Shown in pieces: positions 16,354 through 23,811 of a stretch of 32,634 bases of DNA. This stretch comes from an uncultured Weeksellaceae bacterium (GTDB lineage: Bacteria; Bacteroidota; Bacteroidia; Flavobacteriales_D; CAYVSK01). Location: positions 39,222 through 71,855 of the forward strand of contig CAZOSO010000001.1 in the NCBI GenBank assembly GCA_964582635.1, read 5' to 3'. A program made the position numbers and the translations under genes. The notes beneath the pieces were generated by a model. That model did no database searches, was not told the origin of the DNA, and saw nothing but the letters and a program-made list of their open reading frames with translations. Within the stretch, counting starts at the first letter, position 1. Each line of letters opens with the position of its first letter.

Positions 16354-16361
16354 GGAAGCGA

Positions 16362-17114
16362 TCAGATCAGATTGATCCGTTCCTGGAGGGAATCCTTGTA
16401 AGCTCCTCCGACGGGGATCGTTTTCTTATCCTCCTGGAGGATCACGTGGTTTTGTTCGATCCGATCGATCTTATCGAGGTTAACGATATAGGACCGGTGA
16501 ACCCGTAAAAAACGATCGGTAGGGATCTTCTTTTCGATATCCTTCATCGTGGAATGCACGGTATATCGGGTTTCCTTGGTATTGATCACCACATAATCCT
16601 TCAGGGCTTCGATGAAATAGACTTCATCGGCATGGAGCTTGACCAAGCCGTGCTTGGATTTAACGAAGATCCGGTCACCGGGATCCCGACTGTCCATGAT
16701 CTGATAAAGGAGGTCCCGTTCTTTTCGTACTTCGCTTTCCCTACCGTGCTTATAGAGGGCCATCTCGATGGTGGTATGGAGGTCGACCTCTTTAAAAGGT
16801 TTGATGATGTACCCATAAGGTTCCGTGACCTTGGCTTTGGAAAGCGTATTCTCATCCGCGTAGGCCGTCAAATAAATGACCGGTATATCGAGCTTGGAGC
16901 GGATCTCTTCGGCAGCTTCAACACCGGTCTTCTCCCCCTTGAGCATGATGTCCATAAGGACCACATCCGGATGCTGCTCCAGGGATAAGGTGACAGCATT
17001 CTCACCCGTTGGAGCTGTTCCGAGTACTTGGTAACCGAGTTTTTCCAGGCTTTGCTGGATATCCTTAGCTACGATGCTCTCATCTTCTACAATGAGTACC
17101 TTGGTCCTTGACAT
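16362..17114 (-). CDS. LytTR-family response regulator (receiver plus LytTR DNA-binding domain)
   Basis: 250 aa. CheY-like receiver (VLIVEDES...VVLMDIML...IYLTAY...KP) followed by LytTR-type motifs (IFVKSKHGLVKLHADEVYFIEALKDYV, FLRVHRSYIVNLDKI). Confidence 0.9.
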   Translation of the reverse strand: MSRTKVLIVEDESIVAKDIQQSLEKLGYQVLGTAPTGENAVTLSLEQHPDVVLMDIMLKGEKTGVEAAEEIRSKLDIPVIYLTAYADENTLSKAKVTEPYGYIIKPFKEVDLHTTIEMALYKHGRESEVRKERDLLYQIMDSRDPGDRIFVKSKHGLVKLHADEVYFIEALKDYVVINTKETRYTVHSTMKDIEKKIPTDRFLRVHRSYIVNLDKIDRIEQNHVILQEDKKTIPVGGAYKDSLQERINLI

Positions 17115-17131
17115 TCAGAACAGTCTTAGGG

Positions 17132-20100
17132 TCAGTGTTTATCAAAGGTAATCAAATACTCGGTGCCATTATCCCGTTTTAAACTGATTTCACCCCCTAA
17201 TTGGTCCAATAAAGAGGACACTAATTGAAGGCCTAAACTATCGGATTCCCCTACCTTATAACCTTCGGGAAGACCGATGCCGTTATCAAAGATCCGTAAA
17301 CGGACCTCTTCTCCTCCATCCTCCTTTTCCTCGCAATGAACCCCGATATGGACCTTCCCTTCATTCCTTCCGGAGAAAGCGTATTTTAGAGCGTTCGATA
17401 CAAGTTCGTTGATGATAAGCCCACAGGGGATCGCTTGATCCAAGTTCAGTTCCACATTCTCCATGTCGTGCTCGAGTTCAATGTGGGTATCCTTTTGTTG
17501 GTATGAATGGAGCAGATTCCTGCTCAGCTCTTTGATGTATGGGGCCATATCGATCGAATCGAACTCATCGGTTCTATAAAGGCTTTCGTGGATAAAGGAC
17601 ATCGAGCTGATCCGATTCTGGCTCTCCCTGAGGATCTGGATGGTATTGGGGTCTTCTACGAAATTGGATTGAAGGTTCAAAATGCTGGAAATGACCTGGA
17701 GGTTGTTCTTGACACGATGGTGAACCTCCCGAAGAAGCACCTCTTTTTCTTTCAGGGAACGCATCAATTCTTCCTCGTTCTTCTTGCGCTCCGTGATGTC
17801 CTCGAAAACGGTCACAAAGTAGGCGGGATCCCCGCTTTTATCCTTGACCAGAGCGACGGTCACGTTCAGATCGATCAAGGAACCGTCCTTGTGATAATAT
17901 TGCTTTTCAAAAGAGACCCGTTCCTCTTCCCCATCGAGCAGCTTTCGCCTGAAATCTTCGCTCTTGGCCTTATCCGAAGGGACCGTTAAGTCCTGGAAAT
18001 GCATGTTTTGGAATTCCGCTTCGGAATAACCGGTGATGGAACAGAGCTGTTGATTCGCATTGATGAAGTGCCCTTCGAGATCCACCTGGGCGATCCCGAT
18101 ATAAGCTTGGTCGTAAATAGCCCGGTATTTTTCTTCGCTCTTTCGGAGTTCTTCTTCAGCTTCTTTGGTCTCGGTAATATCCCTCGATATTCCCATCGAT
18201 CCGATGGTCTCTCCACTGTGATCCTTTAGAGCTGTAGCCGCTAAATAGGACAAAAAACTGTTCCCTTCATTGTCCACGTTCCATATTTCCCCTGTGAATC
18301 CCCCTTCTTCTTCGATCTCCTCGATCACCTTTTGACGGTCCGATCGGTCGAAGAAAAGCCTTTCGATCTCAAGGCCGATGACCTCTTCACGGGAGTAGCC
18401 GAATTCTGTCTCCGCTGCATCATTGAACACGGTGATATACCCATCTTTATCGGCTGCGATGATCATGTCCAATGAACTATCGATGATATTCCGGGTGAAT
18501 TCTTGGGAATCCTGAAGCTTTTGATGGGTTTGTTTGTGTTCTTCGATCTCTTTTTCCAGCTGTTTGTTATACTCCTCGGCCACTTCTGCCCTTAAGCGCT
18601 GTCTTTCAAGCTGTTTTTCGCGTGTAATATCCCGAAATGCCGCATAGAACACCTTTTCTCCCTGATATTCCACCAGATCCAATTTCGTTTCCAGTTCGAT
18701 CTTTCCTCCTTCTTTGGGAAGCTCTCCAGTAATCTCGATGAAGGGAAGATCCTCCCCGTTCATCACCCGTTCCATTCGTTCACGGATGAGCTCGTGATGC
18801 TCGGGATCCACGTAATCGAGGACATTCTGCGAGTGAAGCTCCTCTACGCTTTCGATATTGAAAAATTGGCGAGCTCTTTCGTTCAAATAGAGCACTTCAT
18901 CCTTTTTAAAAAGGAGCGCTCCATAGGGGGAATTCTCGAATAGATCGCGGTAACGGGATTGGCTGAGTTCCAAACGTTCCTCGTATTCCACCCGCTTACT
19001 GATATCGGTGATGAAGCCTTCCAGTATAGTAATACCGGTATTTTCATCGACACCCACCGCTTCGCCCCGTTCCCACAATGTTTTGATGGATCCATCCATC
19101 GCTTTCACCCTGTATTGAACGTCGAAGCGTTCTCCTTTCGCTATGGCCTTTTGGACCTCTTCCCATACCTGTTGCTGATCCTCTTCATGGATCAATTTTC
19201 CATAGCTGTATACTCGATTATAGATAAGCTGCGCAGGAGCGATCCCAAGGATCTCTTGGCATCCTTGGCTGATGAACTCCATCGTCCAGTCCGGATCGTT
19301 GTAACAGCGATAAGCGATGCCCGGCAGATTCCCTAAAAGGGTGGACATAGCCCTTTCCCGTTCCCGAAGTTCCTCTTCGATCCGCTTCCTTTCGGTGATG
19401 TCATGGACGACCGTTACACGCACCTGCTCTCCATGATAGGGGAGGAACTCCCCCTGTGCCTCCACATGGATCTCCGAACCATCCCGTCGAAGCCCTTTGG
19501 CTTCCACCAATTCGTTCCCTGCCTCTCCGGATACTCGCTCTTGGACCAACTTTTGATGTTCAGGAGGTACCAAGCTTTTAAGATCCTTACCGATCAATTC
19601 TTCCCTTCTGGTATAATCGAAGATCTTGAGGAACTGATCGTTGATATCGATGATCCGCCCATCTTTGCTCATCACGATCCCTTCTACTGTGAATTGGGAA
19701 AGGAGCCGGAAACGTTCTTCGCTGTCCTGTAACTCCTTCTGGGATTCGATCCATTTGGATATATCCCGGAAAAGCCCGACCACATAATGTTCACCCCTTA
19801 GTTCGAAAGCCCTGGCGTTAACTTCAACAGGGATCCGTTCTCCCTCCGCGTCGATCAAAGCGGAGTCTTCGTTGATGAGAGAAGGTTGGGAAGCTGTTTC
19901 GCTCCTATGGAGCAATTCCTTCAAAGGGTCTTCTTTTCCTGCAGGAAAGAATGATTGGAGCGGCTGATCCAGTAGCTCGTCTTCTTCTTTTTTCAAAAGC
20001 TCCTTGGCACTCCGGTTCACATTCACGATATTCCCGCTTTCCCACTCCCAAACAAAGATGGCATCGACCGCAGCATCGATCAAGGTCCGGTAGCGTTCTT

Positions 20101-21277
20101 CGCTATCCTTAAGGGCTAAATTGAGCTCTTTAAGCTCTGTTATATCGATGATCGTTCCATCGATGTACTGCAACTCTCCATCCTCCCCCCATAGAGGGGA
20201 AACGTTCTCAATGAAATACTTGGTCCTTCCATCCTTTAGGGTCACTCTACTTTCATGGCCTGTAAGACCTTGATTCTCTTCGACCATCTTGACGAACTTC
20301 CCCTCATCCGTTGAGCTTTCGTAAGTTTCATTTACACGCTTTCCGAGGAGTTCTTCCTGATTATCGTAGCCGAGCATTCGGACAAAAGCACTATTACAGG
20401 AAAGGATCGTCCGATCCGGGGTGGTTCGGAAAACCCCTGCAAGATTGTTCTCGAAAAGGTTCCTGAAGTGCTTTTCCCGTTGAATAAGCCTCCGCTCCAC
20501 CACTTTTTGTTCAGTAACATCGCGGAAGATCCCCATATTCTCCACGTGCTTCCCTTGCTGGTCGAATAGAGGATAGATCTTCTCTTCAACCCATTTTTGC
20601 TGAACCTTCCCCTTAGGGGTGATGCGATAGCTTAAAGAGGTCGCTTTTTTCTCTTCTTGTAGAAGTTTATGGGCTCGATCAACTTTGGAGCGATCCTCGG
20701 GATGGATAAAGGGGGATAAACCTCCGTTTTTGCTCAGCTCGAGAAATTCACTGGAATCGATCCCGAAAAATTCCTCGATGCGGGGACTTACATAGATCGG
20801 GTGCCAGTTTCCGTCCGGTGAAATGCCGGTATGATAAACGACCTCGTCCAGCCGCTCCAGAACTTGGACGTTGTTCCTCGCATCACTGCTCGTTCCTTCT
20901 AAATTTTTTGGAGCCTCAGGAATGGCTTCCTGCTCGGGCTTCTGAACGTGAACTGCGAAAAAAAGCTCATCTTTCCCGATGAAAAGAGGATGAATGTTCA
21001 AGAACAGCTTTTGCTCGAACCCTTTTAAGAGAACAGGATCGGTTCGATAGCATCCGTTCTCCAGGATCAGCTCATAGATCTCCTTCCAGGATCGCTCCGA
21101 GCTAAAGCAGTCATCGAAGAGTTCGTTCCGAAAATGCTCCGTGGAAATACCGAAGCTTTCCTCCATCGAGCGATTAAGATCCTCTATGCGCCCTTCCTCA
21201 GCTTCTATTAATAAAATAGGGCCCTTGCTGGTCTTGAGATAGGATGGAAGCTCAGGAAAAGTCCCTTCCTCTTTCAT
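17132..21277 (-). CDS. soluble multi-PAS sensor histidine kinase (HisKA_2 plus HATPase_c)
   Basis: 1381 aa with no obvious TM segment. About nine PAS-like modules are delimited by recurring [FY]R.L[FI] N-caps and DIT[EK].K ends. The phospho-acceptor region EVHHRVKNNLQVISSILNLQS is typical of HisKA_2. ATPase motifs are INELVSNALKYAF, DNGIGLP and SLGLQLV. The ATG at 21277 overlaps the upstream stop (ATGA). Confidence 0.9.
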   Translation of the reverse strand: MKEEGTFPELPSYLKTSKGPILLIEAEEGRIEDLNRSMEESFGISTEHFRNELFDDCFSSERSWKEIYELILENGCYRTDPVLLKGFEQKLFLNIHPLFIGKDELFFAVHVQKPEQEAIPEAPKNLEGTSSDARNNVQVLERLDEVVYHTGISPDGNWHPIYVSPRIEEFFGIDSSEFLELSKNGGLSPFIHPEDRSKVDRAHKLLQEEKKATSLSYRITPKGKVQQKWVEEKIYPLFDQQGKHVENMGIFRDVTEQKVVERRLIQREKHFRNLFENNLAGVFRTTPDRTILSCNSAFVRMLGYDNQEELLGKRVNETYESSTDEGKFVKMVEENQGLTGHESRVTLKDGRTKYFIENVSPLWGEDGELQYIDGTIIDITELKELNLALKDSEERYRTLIDAAVDAIFVWEWESGNIVNVNRSAKELLKKEEDELLDQPLQSFFPAGKEDPLKELLHRSETASQPSLINEDSALIDAEGERIPVEVNARAFELRGEHYVVGLFRDISKWIESQKELQDSEERFRLLSQFTVEGIVMSKDGRIIDINDQFLKIFDYTRREELIGKDLKSLVPPEHQKLVQERVSGEAGNELVEAKGLRRDGSEIHVEAQGEFLPYHGEQVRVTVVHDITERKRIEEELRERERAMSTLLGNLPGIAYRCYNDPDWTMEFISQGCQEILGIAPAQLIYNRVYSYGKLIHEEDQQQVWEEVQKAIAKGERFDVQYRVKAMDGSIKTLWERGEAVGVDENTGITILEGFITDISKRVEYEERLELSQSRYRDLFENSPYGALLFKKDEVLYLNERARQFFNIESVEELHSQNVLDYVDPEHHELIRERMERVMNGEDLPFIEITGELPKEGGKIELETKLDLVEYQGEKVFYAAFRDITREKQLERQRLRAEVAEEYNKQLEKEIEEHKQTHQKLQDSQEFTRNIIDSSLDMIIAADKDGYITVFNDAAETEFGYSREEVIGLEIERLFFDRSDRQKVIEEIEEEGGFTGEIWNVDNEGNSFLSYLAATALKDHSGETIGSMGISRDITETKEAEEELRKSEEKYRAIYDQAYIGIAQVDLEGHFINANQQLCSITGYSEAEFQNMHFQDLTVPSDKAKSEDFRRKLLDGEEERVSFEKQYYHKDGSLIDLNVTVALVKDKSGDPAYFVTVFEDITERKKNEEELMRSLKEKEVLLREVHHRVKNNLQVISSILNLQSNFVEDPNTIQILRESQNRISSMSFIHESLYRTDEFDSIDMAPYIKELSRNLLHSYQQKDTHIELEHDMENVELNLDQAIPCGLIINELVSNALKYAFSGRNEGKVHIGVHCEEKEDGGEEVRLRIFDNGIGLPEGYKVGESDSLGLQLVSSLLDQLGGEISLKRDNGTEYLITFDKH

Positions 21278-22857
21278 GGGCTACTGTTCGTGATAGAAGG
21301 AAGATCGAGCTCCGGTTCGATCTTCTGGCCATCGATCCGTTTTTCGACGCCTTGCTCGTATTCGATCGTCAAAGCTACTTGACCGTTCTTATGGTAACGT
21401 TTCCACTTTCCATGCCTCATTCCCATTTCATAGGTCCCGACCAACATCTTGCTCCCATCGGGATAGAACCAAACGTGTTTCCCTTTAGGGGTCCCATCCA
21501 AGTATTTTCCCTTAAAGCTCAATTCACCGGTCCGTTTGTGATAATGTTTCCAAACACCATCCTTTCTTCCGTCCACATATTCCCCCTTCTCGATATGATC
21601 ACCGACCTCGAAGGTCCATTTTCCGTTCTTTTTTCCCTCAATGTACATCCCCTTAGAGATCACTTCCCCGTTTGAAGCATATTCAACGGACTCTCCATCT
21701 TCTTGACCGTCCTCGTAATTTTCCTTCCGATGAAGGTCCCCATTCTTGTAAAACCACTTCCAAACGCCTTCTTGTTCCCCCTTATCATAGGACCCTACCT
21801 GTTCCTTTTGACCGGATCGATAATAGTAGGTCCATTCCCCCTCCTTTTTCCCATCGACGTATTTGCCTTCTGCTCTTTTCCCCCCTTTTGGATAATAATG
21901 GATCCACTTTCCCTGGTAATAACCTTGATCATCGATACGTCCAACACCGGTCAGGTTCCCATTGACGAACACCTTGGTCTTGTCGATCTCTCCGTTCTCC
22001 TTGTAGAACTTATGGATGCCGTGTTTGGACCCATCCGGTTTATAAGTTCCTTCTCGTTTCAAGCTCCCATCCGAGTAGAATTCTTTTTTGGTCTCCAATA
22101 CCAGCAGGTCCTCTGAGTTCTCAAGGCGTTTTCCATTGTTGAATTTGCGTACTTCCTGCACCTTCCCTTTCTTGGTGTAATACTTGAAGATCCCGTGTTT
22201 TTTGCCGTTCTGGTAAAAACCTTCCCATTTCACCTGTCCGTTGGGATAAAATGCTTTCCAAGGCCCCGTCTTTTGAGCACTATCGTTCATGCGGTTGATA
22301 GGCTTTTTCCCCCTTAAGTGGCCTTCTCGATATTCCAAAAGCGTAACCACCCGACCCTTTTCATTGTACCGAAAAGCGGTCCCCTCCTTTTTCCCTTCTT
22401 GGTAGGGGATCCGCTTTTTCTTGCTTCCATCCGGAAAGTAGTGATAAGCTATTCCAACCTTGCTCCCATCTTCATAGGGGATCTTTTTAATAAGGAACCC
22501 TTCTTTAGCGTATCTTTTCGTAACGCTATCTTTTTTTCCGTTCTGATACCAGATCTCCGCCTTCAGAACCCCGCTTTTTCTATAAAAACGCCATAGGCTA
22601 TCGAGTTCGCTTCCTTTCCTCAAACCTTCCGATCGCAGTGTTCCATTCGGATAGTAATTCTTCCAATGGCCAACAGGCTTCCCATCCTTCATACGACCCT
22701 CGCTAGCCAGTTCCCCGTTCTCATGATAAAAGCGGTTATACCCATTGGGATCGATCTCTTTGTCCCCGTTTTGAGCGGAAACCCCGGATGTACAAAAGAA
22801 AGAGATGAGGAGAAGGGAAATGAAGGAAGACGAAGCTTTCTTTTTCAACCGAACCAT
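21274..22857 (-). CDS. secreted MORN-variant (YwqK-like) repeat protein
   Basis: 527 aa. Signal peptide (SSSFISLLLISFFCTSGVSAQ) followed by about 20 tandem units of roughly 23 aa of the type G.W..[YF]Y.NG......Y..G...G (e.g. GEWTYYYRSGQKEQVGSYDKGEQEGVWKWFYKNG). Confidence 0.85.
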   Translation of the reverse strand: MVRLKKKASSSFISLLLISFFCTSGVSAQNGDKEIDPNGYNRFYHENGELASEGRMKDGKPVGHWKNYYPNGTLRSEGLRKGSELDSLWRFYRKSGVLKAEIWYQNGKKDSVTKRYAKEGFLIKKIPYEDGSKVGIAYHYFPDGSKKKRIPYQEGKKEGTAFRYNEKGRVVTLLEYREGHLRGKKPINRMNDSAQKTGPWKAFYPNGQVKWEGFYQNGKKHGIFKYYTKKGKVQEVRKFNNGKRLENSEDLLVLETKKEFYSDGSLKREGTYKPDGSKHGIHKFYKENGEIDKTKVFVNGNLTGVGRIDDQGYYQGKWIHYYPKGGKRAEGKYVDGKKEGEWTYYYRSGQKEQVGSYDKGEQEGVWKWFYKNGDLHRKENYEDGQEDGESVEYASNGEVISKGMYIEGKKNGKWTFEVGDHIEKGEYVDGRKDGVWKHYHKRTGELSFKGKYLDGTPKGKHVWFYPDGSKMLVGTYEMGMRHGKWKRYHKNGQVALTIEYEQGVEKRIDGQKIEPELDLPSITNSSP

Positions 22858-22900
22858 TATTTAAATGTAAATCTCTTGAGAAAAATGGGCTACCAATATT

Positions 22901-22913
22901 AGATCGTTGATCG
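22901..22913. repeat. 13-nt exact direct repeat AGATCGTTGATCG, copy 1
   Basis: Read directly from the sequence. An identical 13-mer occurs at 23086-23098. Each copy holds two GATC sites. Confidence 0.9.
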
Positions 22914-22920
22914 TGTTAAA

Positions 22921-23000
22921 GATCCTTCCGTTTTTATTGTGGAACGGATCTATTTTAAAAGAGATCGACGATCCTTCAACGATCGAGGAGGATCTATTTT
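22921..23000. repeat. imperfect tandem duplication, each unit bounded by GATCCTTC and GGATCTATTTT
   Basis: Unit A is 22921-22956 and unit B is 22970-23000. Both begin with GATCCTTC (22921, 22970) and end with GGATCTATTTT (22946-22956, 22990-23000). The internal segments differ. Confidence 0.85.
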
Positions 23001-23085
23001 CCGATGTATCACGGATCCCGTAACCTTTTTAACGATCGGTGGAGGCTTGTTGTTGTTGAAGCTTTGATCAGAGGAGTGGAGCTCA

Positions 23086-23098
23086 AGATCGTTGATCG
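23086..23098. repeat. 13-nt exact direct repeat AGATCGTTGATCG, copy 2
   Basis: Identical to 22901-22913, 185 nt away in the same orientation. Confidence 0.9.
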
Positions 23099-23324
23099 GC
23101 TAGCTGAAAAACGGTCAAAGATCCGGGCTATTTCGATCGGGATCGTTCCAAAGCTTTTCTTATCCGATCTTTTGTAATGGAATGTCATAGCTATCTTTTC
23201 CCAAGAAATGAACGATCTTTCGATAAGCTTTTCACGATCCCTCGGTACTGGATGTCCGTAAAACAACTGCGATTAAGGGGTTTTGGCTTTTTAAAGGAAC
23301 TCCATCGCGCCGATCCAGGATCCT

Positions 23325-23332
23325 TATCTTTG
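23325..23332 (+). promoter_or_regulatory. candidate -7 promoter box (TATCTTTG) for the rpiB operon
   Basis: Exact TAnnTTTG match ending 20 nt before ATG 23353. Confidence 0.5.
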
Positions 23333-23352
23333 TCATACTGAAGGCCGTTGGT

Positions 23353-23811
23353 ATGAAAAAGCCCTATCGGATCGCTATCGGAAGTGACCATGCCGGATAT
23401 GACCTCAAAGAGTCCTTGAAGGCTTATTTGGCCGAACAGGGCTTTGAAGTCCAGGATGAAGGATGTTATTCGGAAGAAAGGGCTGATTATCCCGATCACG
23501 CCCACGCTGTAGCTAAAGCTATAAAGGACGGCACTGCGGATATAGGTTGTATTATGTGTGGAAGTGGGAATGGGATCAACATGTCGGCCAATAAATTCGA
23601 AGGCGTCCGATCGGCTCTTTGCTGGTGTGAAGAGATCGCTAGATTAGCGAGGCAGCATAACGATGCCAATATCCTTGCTCTTCCGGCTCGTTTCATCCAT
23701 GCTCACCATGCGCGCTTGATCCTGGAGGCCTTTTTGGGTACCGATTTTGAAGGCGGTCGTCATAAAGATCGGGTGGAAAAGATCGATCCGAGCACCGAGA
23801 ACGTTGGATGA
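23353..23811 (+). CDS. rpiB: ribose-5-phosphate isomerase B
   Basis: 152 aa. IAIGSDHAGYDLKE ... GCIMCGSGNGINMSANK ... VRSALCW ... ARQHNDANILALPARF is the RpiB/LacAB family pattern. Confidence 0.92.
   Translation: MKKPYRIAIGSDHAGYDLKESLKAYLAEQGFEVQDEGCYSEERADYPDHAHAVAKAIKDGTADIGCIMCGSGNGINMSANKFEGVRSALCWCEEIARLARQHNDANILALPARFIHAHHARLILEAFLGTDFEGGRHKDRVEKIDPSTENVG

Noticed and set aside
22862-22869. Near-consensus -7 box (TACATTTA on the minus strand) just upstream of the MORN-repeat gene.
   Set aside because: It ends only about 5 nt from the ATG at 22857, too close for a normal transcription start, and it has a mismatch at the final G.
23004-23266. Small ORFs inside the 495-bp intergenic region: plus-strand ATG 23004..23177 (57 aa, MYHGSRNLFNDRWRLVVVEALIRG...) and minus-strand 23009..23266 (85 aa).
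   Set aside because: They overlap each other on opposite strands. Neither resembles a family I know, and the 85-aa product has a low-complexity Ser/Thr tail. I cannot support either as a gene, though expression data could revive one.
22858-23352. Replication origin (oriC) hypothesis for the GATC-dense region.
   Set aside because: I found only weak DnaA-box resemblances (TTATCCGAT at about 23160 and the complement of TGTGGAAC at about 22939, each matching at most 6-7 of 9 positions). There is no pronounced AT-rich unwinding element beyond 22858-22890, and no dnaA/dnaN-type flanking genes. It is kept only as a low-probability alternative in the finding.
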